From an uncultured delta proteobacterium (GTDB lineage: Bacteria; Myxococcota_A; Polyangia; Palsa-1104): DNA of 64,000 nucleotides. The notes below the pieces were generated by a model. The model saw only the letters and a program-made list of their open reading frames with translations. It was not told where the DNA came from and made no database searches. Where the stretch lies: positions 352,001-416,000 of the forward strand of contig CAWAWS010000016.1 in assembly GCA_963785725.1 (NCBI GenBank), read 5' to 3'. A program made the position numbers and the translations under genes. Positions 55,579 to 64,000 of this stretch are shown piece by piece (within the stretch, counting starts at the first letter, position 1; each line of letters begins with the position of its first letter).

Positions 55579-55592
55579 TAGAACACGTTCTA
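55579..55592. promoter_or_regulatory. TnnAACnnGTTnnA palindrome (KstR-type operator pattern), copy 1
   Basis: TAGAAC-AC-GTTCTA with perfect 6-bp arms, 26 nt upstream of the MMPL start. A TATGTT -10-like hexamer lies on the minus strand at 55556-55561. Confidence 0.65.
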
Positions 55593-55626
55593 GATTTACG
55601 ATGGAGCTCGGGCGATCGCGCGAGTG

Positions 55627-56628
55627 CTAATGGGGCATGAAGCTGGCGGCGCGGGCGTTGGCGATGAATTGACGCGCCTCGCCGTCCGAGATGATGCCTT
55701 CGCCCACGAGCAGGTTGAACTCTTTGCGCAGCGTCGTGCCGAGCAGGTAGGTGCCGTCGGTGTTGATGGTCATGCGCACGCCGGCCTGGCGCAGCTTGTC
55801 GAACACGCGCTTCAGATCCGGCAGGCCGGTGACCGCGTGCGTGCGCAGATTCGACGACGGGCACAGCTCGAGCACGATGTTCTGCTCGACGAGCTTGCGC
55901 ATCGCCTCCTCCGACTGTGCGGCGGCGATGCCGTGACCGATGCGCGCCGGCTTGAGCTTCTCGATGACGGCGAGCACGCCTTCGACGCCCGTGTGCGACG
56001 TCTCGCCCGTATGCACCGTCGTGCCGAGGCCGACTTTGCGCGCGCGGTCGAACAGGTCACGATAGCGCTCGACGTCCTTGCCGAGCTCGGTGACGTGCTG
56101 CTCGGGGCCGGCGATGTCGATGCCGATGATCCCGTGATTGCGCCACTTCTCGGCCTTCTTGACGATGATCTCGTTGAGCGCGTAGTCGAACTCGCGCGCC
56201 AGGCAGAAGATGATGCCGGCTTTGACGCCGTAATCGAGGCAGGCGCGATCCATGCCGCGCAGCGCCGCCGCGATGATGTAGTCGAGATCGCGCTCGCCGC
56301 CGACGTTGCGCTTCATCGGGTTGAAGCGCAGCTCGATCATCGACACGCGCGAGCTGCGATATTCCTTGCCGATGACCTCATAGACGGAGCGCTCGATCGC
56401 CGACGGCGAAGACTGAATCTTCTCCGTCCACTGATGCATGATGTCGAGATAGTCGCCGAGCGACGTCACCTTGTTGGGATCGGCGTAGACCAGCTCGCAG
56501 AAGTCCCAATAGGATTTGACCGGCAGCTTGAAGCCGGAGTCGTGCGCGATCGCCCACAACACGTGCGGCGCCACCGCCCCGCCGACGTGAATGTGCAGGT
56601 CCGTCAGATCTTCGCTGTCTTGAATCAT
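55627..56628 (-). CDS. Adenosine/adenine deaminase family protein
   Basis: DLHIH, ELRFNP, GIDIAG, HTGE, RIGHG, ELCPSSN and INTD. Confidence 0.9.
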   Translation of the reverse strand: MIQDSEDLTDLHIHVGGAVAPHVLWAIAHDSGFKLPVKSYWDFCELVYADPNKVTSLGDYLDIMHQWTEKIQSSPSAIERSVYEVIGKEYRSSRVSMIELRFNPMKRNVGGERDLDYIIAAALRGMDRACLDYGVKAGIIFCLAREFDYALNEIIVKKAEKWRNHGIIGIDIAGPEQHVTELGKDVERYRDLFDRARKVGLGTTVHTGETSHTGVEGVLAVIEKLKPARIGHGIAAAQSEEAMRKLVEQNIVLELCPSSNLRTHAVTGLPDLKRVFDKLRQAGVRMTINTDGTYLLGTTLRKEFNLLVGEGIISDGEARQFIANARAASFMPH

Positions 56629-56645
56629 GATCTTTTGAGGATAGC

Positions 56646-56975
56646 TCAGCCTTGCGACTTGAGCGCTGTGCGGTTCAGGAATGCCTTCAGCTCTTGGCCG
56701 GGCACGAACGACACCGTCGTCGAAGGCGCGATGAGGATGGGCGCGCCGGTCTGCGGATTGCGCCCCGTGCGGCCGTTCTTGCGTTTCTTCGTGAACGTCC
56801 CGAAGCCGGGATAGGTGAAGCGCGGCGTGTTGTGACGCGTGACTTTGGCTTTGACGAAATAATCGCCCAGCTCGGCGAAGACCGCGTCGACCAGCGCCGC
56901 CACGGCTTTCTTCGTCAGCTCTTCGGGCATGCCCGGCGTGCGCGCCACTTTCTCGATCAGCTCTTGCTTCGTCAT
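56646..56975 (-). CDS. HU/IHF family DNA-binding protein
   Basis: MTKQELIEKV...GFGTF...R.GRNPQTG..I.I......F.PG..LK. Confidence 0.92.
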   Translation of the reverse strand: MTKQELIEKVARTPGMPEELTKKAVAALVDAVFAELGDYFVKAKVTRHNTPRFTYPGFGTFTKKRKNGRTGRNPQTGAPILIAPSTTVSFVPGQELKAFLNRTALKSQG

Positions 56976-57039
56976 CGAACGGCCCCCGCCGCTGAGGCGT
57001 TCTTTGTGCGCTTCGGTGTGTAACGTGTCAAGGCAACGT

Positions 57040-58284
57040 TCAGCTTCGCGACGGCAGGCCGAGCAGCGTGCGCGCCTGCGCGACCGTCGCCACTTGGCGG
57101 CCATGTTGCGCGCACAGCTCGACGGCGCGCGCGACGAGCGGCGCCGAGCCTTCGGCGAGCACGCCTTTGTCGACGTAGATGTTGTCCTCGAGCCCGACGC
57201 GCGCGTTGCCGCCCAACTTCGCCGCCAGCGCCGCCATCGGCAGCTGCTGACGACCGATGCCGGCCACGCCCCAGCTGCAGCCATCGGGCAGCTCGTCCAT
57301 GCGACCGATCAGGAACTCGAGGTTCGCCTCCGACGCCGACAGCGCGCCTTTGACGCCGAGCACGAACTGCAGATGCAGCGGCGCTTTGACATGCCCCGCT
57401 TTCAAGAGGTCGAGCACGATGTCGAGGTGCCCGGCGTCGTACAGCTCGAGCTCGGGCACGGCGCCGTGCTTGCCGATGCGCTGCGCCATCTCGATCGTGT
57501 CGGCGGCCTTGTTCATGAAGACGTCGTCGCCGAAGTTGATGGTGCCGACGTTGAGCGTGGCCATCTCGGGCGCGTCCTGGCCGACGCACTCGAGCGGACC
57601 GGCGCGCTCGGCGACGCTCATGCCGACCGCGCCGCCCGTCGACGTCTGGATGATGACGTCGCAGCGGCTGCGGATGGCGCGAATGGCGGCGCGAAAGCGA
57701 TCGCCGTTCTGCGACGCGCGCCCCTGTTCGTCGCGCACGTGCAGGTGGATGACGCTGGCGCCGGCGCGGCTACAGCGCTCGGCTTCGGCGCCGAGCTCGT
57801 CGGCCGACAGCGGCAAATGCGGGTTCTGCGCCCGCGTCGTCTCGGCGCCGACGATGGCGGCCGTGATGATGCACGGCCCGGGACGGCCGGTCACGTGTTT
57901 GCGGCGCACGCCGGCCGGCACGACGCAGGTGCCGCGGGCGCGACAGACGACGACGGGCTCGACGAGCAGGTCGGCCGAGGACTCGAACGAGTCGTCGCGC
58001 CGCGGCGTGGGCACGATGACCTTGCGCGCGACGAACTCCATGCCGAGCGAGGTCGTGCCCCAGCGGGTGATGGTGCCTTCGGCCTCGATGAAGTCGCCGG
58101 CCCGCACCGGCGCCAGGAACTCGACCGAGTCGTAGGCGCGAAATAGCCCTTCGTCCCCGTCGGCGCGGATGCACAGCTCCGTCGCCACATCGCCGAACAG
58201 CTCCAGCATCTTGGCGCCGTCGACGAGCCCACCGGCATAGTGAGCGTGATTCGATCCCATTCTGAGGCGTATGCGCGCTTTCAT
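57040..58284 (-). CDS. Fusion of hotdog-fold 3-aminobutyryl-CoA ammonia-lyase (Kal-like) and 3-keto-5-aminohexanoate cleavage enzyme (Kce/BKACE)
   Basis: N-terminal ~130 aa: RLRM...[21 protein letters not shown]....[21 protein letters not shown]-terminal: [10 protein letters not shown]...HLHVRD...STGGA...GT.NFG...RVGLEDN. One continuous ORF. Confidence 0.85.
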   Translation of the reverse strand: MKARIRLRMGSNHAHYAGGLVDGAKMLELFGDVATELCIRADGDEGLFRAYDSVEFLAPVRAGDFIEAEGTITRWGTTSLGMEFVARKVIVPTPRRDDSFESSADLLVEPVVVCRARGTCVVPAGVRRKHVTGRPGPCIITAAIVGAETTRAQNPHLPLSADELGAEAERCSRAGASVIHLHVRDEQGRASQNGDRFRAAIRAIRSRCDVIIQTSTGGAVGMSVAERAGPLECVGQDAPEMATLNVGTINFGDDVFMNKAADTIEMAQRIGKHGAVPELELYDAGHLDIVLDLLKAGHVKAPLHLQFVLGVKGALSASEANLEFLIGRMDELPDGCSWGVAGIGRQQLPMAALAAKLGGNARVGLEDNIYVDKGVLAEGSAPLVARAVELCAQHGRQVATVAQARTLLGLPSRS

Positions 58285-58408
58285 GGCGAGGTAACATATG
58301 TGCGCGCGACCGGTTTCGTCACGCCCTAACGACAGTACCCACGCAACATGCGTTCAGTGCAACCGTCCTTGTGGGATGAAGAATTAATGAGATTCTCATC
58401 TCACTCTC

Positions 58409-59287
58409 ATGAATGCGGCTGTCGTTCTGGCGCGCCTTCGCGAGCTCGCGCAGCTGCTGCTGCCCTACCTGGCTTTCGGCTTTCTGTTCGAGCTGTGCGA
58501 GCGCTTCTGGCCCATTCGCAAGCGCGCGCCCGCGGCCGAGTGGCGGCTCGACTGGCTCGGCTTCGTGCTGCAGCTCGCCTACGGGACGGTCTACGTCGTC
58601 TTCGTCGCGCCGATCGTGGAGACGAGCCCGCTCTTGGCGTGGCTGCGACCGCTGCACGACTATCTCGGAACCTGCCCCGCGATCGTCTGCTTCCTCGTCT
58701 ACTTCGTCGCCTACGACTTCTTTTCCTACTGGCTGCATCGGCTGCAGCATCATCCCTGGATCTGGTCGCTGCACGCTTTTCACCACAGCTCACGCCGCCT
58801 GCACTGGATCTCGGGCGCGCGCGGCAGCCTCTTTCACGAGTGCCTGACCACGCTCGCCAGCACGCTGGCGCTGCTCGTCGTTCCCTTCGCCGGCGGCCGC
58901 TATTTTTGGGGCTATTTTCTCTATACGAACGCGCACAACTCGTTCATCCACTCCAACATTCGCGTCAATTCACGGCTGTTCAACGCCGTCTTCATGACCG
59001 GCGAGCACCACTTCGTGCACCACGCCAAGGACCTGCGCGCCGGCAACTCCAACTTCGCCTTCATCTTCACGTTCTGGGATCGCCTGTTCGGCACTTGGGT
59101 CGACCCGCGCACGATGCCCGCCGACTTCGAGCTGGGCCTCGACTGCGCGCCCGGCGCCACCATCGACACGACGCGGCTCATCTTGGGTCTGCCCGCGGTC
59201 CGCGCGAGCGCGCCGGCACACGCCCCCAAAATCGAAGGCGCAATCGCAGGCGAAGTCGAAGCCCCGCGCCGAGCCGCCGCCAAGTAA
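58409..59287 (+). CDS. Sterol desaturase / fatty acid hydroxylase superfamily protein
   Basis: His boxes YWLHRLQH, HAFHHS, FIHSN and HHFVHH; NFA..F..WDRLFGT. Confidence 0.88.
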   Translation: MNAAVVLARLRELAQLLLPYLAFGFLFELCERFWPIRKRAPAAEWRLDWLGFVLQLAYGTVYVVFVAPIVETSPLLAWLRPLHDYLGTCPAIVCFLVYFVAYDFFSYWLHRLQHHPWIWSLHAFHHSSRRLHWISGARGSLFHECLTTLASTLALLVVPFAGGRYFWGYFLYTNAHNSFIHSNIRVNSRLFNAVFMTGEHHFVHHAKDLRAGNSNFAFIFTFWDRLFGTWVDPRTMPADFELGLDCAPGATIDTTRLILGLPAVRASAPAHAPKIEGAIAGEVEAPRRAAAK

Positions 59288-59332
59288 CGAGCCGCCGCGT
59301 CGGCGTGAGGCGCGTCGTGCTATGATGACGGC

Positions 59333-60364
59333 GTGGCGCCAGGTTTCGCGAGTGGCACCAACGGCAGTCGACGGGCGGCCGTCGTTTCTCGTCATCCGGC
59401 GACGCTCAAACACGTCGCGCAAGCGCTGGGCGTGGCGTCCTTGTCGAGCCGGCAGGCCATCGGCCCCTCGTTCCTGCCGCGCTCGGAGCGCGGCGAATTC
59501 GACGTCATCCTGCTCGATCTCGACATCGATCCCAAGGCGGCGCCGGCCGACCTGTGCGCGCAAGTGGCCGCCGTTTGTCGGGATACGCCCATCGTCGCCT
59601 TGGCCGGCGTCGACGCGCGGCAGCGGCTGATGCAGGCGTTGGCGCACGACTCCGTCGTCAGCATCGTGCCCAAGCCCGGCGCCAGCATGCCCGTCGTCGC
59701 CGACGCCGCGCCCATCCCCATCGACGGGCCTGACGAGCAATGGCTCGGCTTGGCGCTGCGCCGGCGCGCCGAGCCGGCGACGCAGCCGATCGGCCCGATG
59801 CCCTACTTGCTCGGCGGCACCGACATCGAGGAGCGCCTCATCGGCGGCAGCGTCGACAAGGACGCGGCGCTGCAGGCGCTGCTCGCCGACGCCGCGCGCT
59901 TCGGCTTCTCCGACGAGAAGGTGCGCCGCGTCGAGACCGCGGCCGACGAGCTCGTGCTCAACGCCGTCTACGAAGCGCCGCGCGACGATGACGGCCAGCC
60001 GCTGCACGCGCACGCCGATCGCCGCGAGGTCGTGGTCCTGCCGGCGCAGGCGCAAGTGCGGCTGCGTTGGGGCTGCGACGGCCGCACCTTCGCGCTGTCG
60101 GTCGCCGATCGCTTCGGCGCGCTCGATCGCGCCGTCGTCGTCGCCCACGTCGGCAAGCTGCTCGACGCGCGCACGCAGCGGGTCGCGCGCGGCGCCGCCG
60201 GTTCGAGCGGCCTCGGTCTGGCGCTCGCCTTCGGCGCCGGCAACGAGCTGGCGCTCCACGTCGCCGCCGGCCGCTTCACCGAGGTCACCTGCGCGCTGCA
60301 CATCGCCGGCTCCAACCGCGTCGCCCTCGCCCGCGGCTCGGCGCTCCACCTCTATATGTTCTGA
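59333..60364 (+). CDS. Receiver-like domain fused to an RsbW-like HATPase (paralog 1)
   Basis: DVILLDLD...TPIVAL receiver-like part; ADELVLNAV (N box), VADRFG (G1) and SSGLGL (G2). Confidence 0.65.
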   Translation: MAPGFASGTNGSRRAAVVSRHPATLKHVAQALGVASLSSRQAIGPSFLPRSERGEFDVILLDLDIDPKAAPADLCAQVAAVCRDTPIVALAGVDARQRLMQALAHDSVVSIVPKPGASMPVVADAAPIPIDGPDEQWLGLALRRRAEPATQPIGPMPYLLGGTDIEERLIGGSVDKDAALQALLADAARFGFSDEKVRRVETAADELVLNAVYEAPRDDDGQPLHAHADRREVVVLPAQAQVRLRWGCDGRTFALSVADRFGALDRAVVVAHVGKLLDARTQRVARGAAGSSGLGLALAFGAGNELALHVAAGRFTEVTCALHIAGSNRVALARGSALHLYMF

Positions 60365-60438
60365 CCTTCGTCGCGACAAATCGGCGCCCTATCGGACGCG
60401 CCCTTTTTCGTGGTACGATCGTCGCAAGGGGAGTTTTC

Positions 60439-61476
60439 ATGCATGCAGCGAAGCGTACCCGTGCCGCGGCGCTCGTCAGCCGTCACGGGCCGACCTGCCG
60501 GCGCGTCGCGCAATCGCTGGGCGCGGCCGGTGTGCAGGTGCGTTCGACGCCGTTTCCGAGCGAGCTGCCGCTGGAGGATTTGGGCGAGATCGTGGCGCTG
60601 CTGGTCGACCTCGACGTCTCGCCCGACGAGCCGGCGGCGGTGCTGTTGGCCGAGGCGCGTCAGGCCTATCCCGACGTGCCACTCTTGGCGACGGCCGGCA
60701 TCGACGCGCGCGCCCGCCTCCTCGACGCGCTGTGCGAAGCCGACGTGCACCACGTCGTGCCCAAGCGCGGCGCCTTGACCTTGCCGCGCGGCGGAATTCC
60801 ACTCTTGGGCGCGCTCGAAGGCCCCGACGAGCACGACCTCTTCGCGACGATGCGCCGCATCCTCGACGGCCCCGATTCGCCGGGCGTCGCGCCCTATCTC
60901 TTGGCCGGCGCGCCCATTCACGAGGCCAGCGTCCGCAACAGCGACGACAAAGACCGCGCGCTCGGCGAGCTCGTGGCCTTCGCCGAGTCGATGGATTTGG
61001 CGGGCGAGAAGCTGCGTCGCGTCGAGCTGGCGTCGGAGGAGTTGCTCATGAACGCGCTCTGGGACGCGCCCCGCGACGCCGACGGCGCCCATCGCCACGC
61101 CGACCGCGACCGCCGCGACAGCGTCGAATTGGGACCGCACGAGACCATCCACTTACGCTGGGGCTGCGACGGTCAGACGATCGCCGTCGCCGTCGCCGAT
61201 CCCTTCGGCTCCTTGTCGAAGCGCGCCGTCATCGAGCGGCTGCGCAAGGTGCGCGACGGCATCCCCAAGCCGAGCGCAGGCGTCGCCGGTGCCGGCCTCG
61301 GCCTCGTCATGACGTACGCGGTCGCCAATCAGCTCATCTTCAGCGTCGCGCCCGGCAGAGTGACCGAGGTGACGGCGGTGATGCATGTCGGCGGCAGCAA
61401 CCGCGCGGCGCAAGAGCGCGGCACGGCCGTCCACTTTTACGTCGGCGCCGAGCCGCGCCAGGGAGACAGCTGGTGA
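60439..61476 (+). CDS. Receiver-like domain fused to an RsbW-like HATPase (paralog 2)
   Basis: Clearly homologous to the previous gene (VSRH..T, IDARARL, VPK.G, GPDE, PYL, DKD.AL, APRD.DG, LRWGCDG, GSNR); SEELLMNAL, VADPFG and GAGLGL. Confidence 0.7.
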   Translation: MHAAKRTRAAALVSRHGPTCRRVAQSLGAAGVQVRSTPFPSELPLEDLGEIVALLVDLDVSPDEPAAVLLAEARQAYPDVPLLATAGIDARARLLDALCEADVHHVVPKRGALTLPRGGIPLLGALEGPDEHDLFATMRRILDGPDSPGVAPYLLAGAPIHEASVRNSDDKDRALGELVAFAESMDLAGEKLRRVELASEELLMNALWDAPRDADGAHRHADRDRRDSVELGPHETIHLRWGCDGQTIAVAVADPFGSLSKRAVIERLRKVRDGIPKPSAGVAGAGLGLVMTYAVANQLIFSVAPGRVTEVTAVMHVGGSNRAAQERGTAVHFYVGAEPRQGDSW

Positions 61477-61916
61477 CGCTCACGCTCGACAAGCGGCAAT
61501 CGGCAGACGGGACCTTGCACGTGACCGTCAGCGGCAAGATCGACGAGCGCTTCGACCCCGCGGCGCTCGTGGCCGAAGCCAAAGGTAAGATCGTGCTGCA
61601 TTTGGCCGGCGTGCGCTCGATCTCGTCGCTGGGCGTGCGCGCCTTCGAGCAGCTGATGCGCACCTTGCCGGGCGACATCGTGCTCATCCACATCTCGCCG
61701 GCGATCGCGGCGCAGCTGACGATGATCCCGAGCCTCGTCGGGCCGCGCGCCAAGATCGAGTCGGCCAAGCTGCCGTTCGTGTGCCCGGCGTGCGGCGCAG
61801 AGAAGGCGCACTCGGTGCCGTTCCAAGCCGGCGCCGCCACGGCCAACGCGCCCACATGCACCTGCGGCGCGACGATGGAGCTCGACGGCTTGCCCGAGCA
61901 GTACCTTCCCGTCTAA
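61473..61916 (+). CDS. STAS (anti-sigma-factor antagonist-like) protein with C-terminal Zn ribbon
   Basis: GTGA overlap with the preceding stop; V.GKIDE...LHLAGVRSISSLGVR STAS motif; CPAC...CTCG. Confidence 0.72.
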   Translation: MTLTLDKRQSADGTLHVTVSGKIDERFDPAALVAEAKGKIVLHLAGVRSISSLGVRAFEQLMRTLPGDIVLIHISPAIAAQLTMIPSLVGPRAKIESAKLPFVCPACGAEKAHSVPFQAGAATANAPTCTCGATMELDGLPEQYLPV

Positions 61917-61995
61917 CCTACGACGTCGTGCCGCTCGCAGTCGTCCCAACCGCGTTTTCACCCGTAAAGGCGCGTCGATTCGCTTGGTGCCCGCG

Positions 61996-62856
61996 ATGGT
62001 GATGCGGCCGCAGCTCGTGCTCGTCGGCCTCGGGCTCCTCATGCTGCTCGCCTTCGAGCAGTGGTTCGAGCATTGGTTCGCGCACAAGATGGTCGACGCG
62101 CCCAACCAAGGCGCGCCGACGACGACGCTCCGGCGCGGTGAGATGCGCGTGCACGTCGGGCCGCCCGACGCGAATTTGTCGATCGAGATCGTCGCGCCCA
62201 AGCTGCTGCCGCCGCGCGCCACCTTGTTCGTGCTGCCCGGCATCAGCGACGACAAAGAGTACGTTCGCTCCTACGCCGAGCACTTGGCGACGGCCGGTTA
62301 TCGCGCCATCCTCGTCGACACGCGCGGTCACGGCCGGTCGAGCGGCCGATGGCTCGGCTGGGGCTTGCAGGAGTCGCGCGATCTGTCGCAGGTCATCGAC
62401 ACGCTCAAGCTCGACGGACCGCTCGGCGTGCTCGGCCATTCTTACGGCGGCGCCACGGCCATCATTTGGGCCAGCCGCGAGCCGCGCTTACGCGCCGTGT
62501 TGTCGCTCAGCCCGTTCGCCAGCATGCGCGACTGCATCGATGATCTGCCGGGCGTGCACGTGCTCGTGCCGCGTTGGCTGCGCCAGCGCATCGTCGACAT
62601 CGCCGGCCGGCTCGGCCACTTCGATCCCGACGAAGCGAGCGCGCTCATCGCGGTGACGAAGACGAAGACGCAGATGCTCGTCGTGCACGGGACCAACGAT
62701 CCGCTCGTGCCCTACGCGCAATCCGAGCGGCTGGCGGCGGCGGCGCCCGATCACGTCAAGGTCGTGCTGCTCGACGGGCAAAACCACGAAGACCTGGCCG
62801 GCGACCCGCGCTTGTGGCCGCTCACGCTCGACTTTCTCGCGCGCATGTTTCCGTGA
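61996..62856 (+). CDS. Membrane-anchored alpha/beta hydrolase (paralog 1)
   Basis: N-terminal TM; DTRGHGRS.G, GHSYGG, HGTND and H. Confidence 0.85.
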   Translation: MVMRPQLVLVGLGLLMLLAFEQWFEHWFAHKMVDAPNQGAPTTTLRRGEMRVHVGPPDANLSIEIVAPKLLPPRATLFVLPGISDDKEYVRSYAEHLATAGYRAILVDTRGHGRSSGRWLGWGLQESRDLSQVIDTLKLDGPLGVLGHSYGGATAIIWASREPRLRAVLSLSPFASMRDCIDDLPGVHVLVPRWLRQRIVDIAGRLGHFDPDEASALIAVTKTKTQMLVVHGTNDPLVPYAQSERLAAAAPDHVKVVLLDGQNHEDLAGDPRLWPLTLDFLARMFP

Positions 62857-63725
62857 CCGCGCTCCGTCGTCTCGCGATCTTCGTCGGCATCTTGGCGCTG
62901 CTCGTCGTCCTCGGCGGCTTCGGGCTCGTCTACATCGGCGCGTACGGCATCATCGGCGTGCGCAACGGCGGCGTGGCGCCGACGACGGCCGAAGCCGGCG
63001 AACGGCGCATCGACGTCGGCCCGCCGCCGGCGACGCTGTCGGTGCTCGTCGCCGAGCCGAAAGCGGCGCCGCGCGCGACCATCTTCCTGCTGCACGGCAT
63101 CGGCGATCATAAGGAGGGCCTGCGAGGCTGGGCCGATCACCTGACCGCGGCCGGCTATCGCGCCGTGCTCGTCGACTCGCGCGGTCATGGTCGCTCGACG
63201 GGACAGTGGCTGACCTACGGCGTGCAGGAGTCGCGCGATCTGTCGCGGCTCATCGACGCGCTCGCCATCTCCGGTCCCATCGGCGTCATGGGCATGTCGT
63301 ACGGCGCGGCGACGGCGATCGAGTGGGCCGGCAGCGAGCCGCGCGTGCAGGCGGCGGTGGCCGTGGCGCCGTTCGCGTCGCTGCGCGATGTGGTGCCGCT
63401 GTACGTGCCGGATTCGGTGCCGGTGATCGGTCGCTTCTTGCCGCGCTGGCTCATCATGCGCGTCATCGATCACGCGGGCCATGTGGCAGGCTTCGATCCC
63501 GACGCCGCCAGCCCGAAAGCGGCCGCCGCACGCACGCATGCGCCCATGCTCCTCATCCACGGCGATCGCGACACCAACGTGCCGTTGTGGAACTCGGCGC
63601 TGATCGTCGCGCACGCACCGACGGCGCGCCTGGTGACGCTGGCGGGCGAGGATCACGAGCGCATCAGCGGCGACGCGCGCGTGTGGCCGCTCGCGCTCGA
63701 CTTCTTCGCCGGCGTATTCCGTTAG
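62853..63725 (+). CDS. Membrane-anchored alpha/beta hydrolase (paralog 2)
   Basis: GTGA overlap; DSRGHGRS.G, GMSYG, HGDRD and EDH. Tandem duplicate of the previous gene. Confidence 0.85.
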   Translation: MTALRRLAIFVGILALLVVLGGFGLVYIGAYGIIGVRNGGVAPTTAEAGERRIDVGPPPATLSVLVAEPKAAPRATIFLLHGIGDHKEGLRGWADHLTAAGYRAVLVDSRGHGRSTGQWLTYGVQESRDLSRLIDALAISGPIGVMGMSYGAATAIEWAGSEPRVQAAVAVAPFASLRDVVPLYVPDSVPVIGRFLPRWLIMRVIDHAGHVAGFDPDAASPKAAAARTHAPMLLIHGDRDTNVPLWNSALIVAHAPTARLVTLAGEDHERISGDARVWPLALDFFAGVFR

Positions 63726-64000
63726 CTAACGCGTGCGAACGAGGACGGCGCTGGCCGGCGCGAGCCCGACTTTGCCGATCGTGCCGTTCACTTGCACCGT
63801 CGGCAGCGTCGCGTTCCAGCTGCCGTCTTTGCCGATCGGCTGGCCGGCGAGCGTGACGCCGTCGGTGGCGGTGAGCGACGGTCCGCGGAGCTCGACGACC
63901 GACGCCGACGCATTGGGGACCGCGCGCCCGAAGTCGACGGCGGCCACGATCGCCTGCGCGGCGTCTTTGTTGACGAGGACGACCGCCGTCGAGCCGTCAT
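63726..64000 (-). CDS. C-terminal beta-sandwich of a probable glycoside hydrolase family 79 protein (partial)
   Basis: DGSTAVVLVNKD...L.GPSLTATDGVTLAGQPI..DGSW...LAPASAVLV resembles the GH79 C-terminal domain. Confidence 0.6.
   Translation of the reverse strand, partial: DGSTAVVLVNKDAAQAIVAAVDFGRAVPNASASVVELRGPSLTATDGVTLAGQPIGKDGSWNATLPTVQVNGTIGKVGLAPASAVLVRTR

Noticed and set aside
58342..58358. Myxobacterial LexA-like box (CGCAACATGCGTTCAGT)
   Set aside because: Only the GTTCAG half matches well, it is a single copy, and the flanking genes are not SOS-type.

Overview
64 kb of very GC-rich bacterial chromosome. The gene repertoire (CpXC-HEAT protein, HARE-HTH/Mrr-like protein next to lipB, Ddl-like/GNAT pair, kal/kce, HU paralog, receiver-HATPase/STAS module) suggests a myxobacterium (Myxococcota, Polyangia-like); this is inference. 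It holds about 52 protein-coding loci, one tRNA(CAT) and several short intergenic tandem repeats. I see no integrase, transposase, cas gene or true CRISPR array. Four otherwise intact genes carry single-base indels, which looks like long-read assembly error. The most interesting element is a 4-gene minus-strand operon at 49.5-55.6 kb: MMPL/RND transporter, outer-membrane beta-barrel, phosphonate-binding-protein-like periplasmic protein and TPR lipoprotein. Three genes mirror the BstA/BstB/BstC bacterial sterol-transport trio and the barrel is an extra fourth component. Two 14-bp TnnAACnnGTTnnA palindromes, the pattern of the actinobacterial KstR cholesterol-regulon operator, lie directly upstream of its first and second genes. 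Other notable items are a Kal-Kce fusion, a Ddl paralog with substituted catalytic residues, a tandemly amplified TetR-type operator, and a duplicated receiver/anti-sigma-kinase plus Zn-ribbon STAS module. All family calls come from motif recognition by eye; no searches were run.
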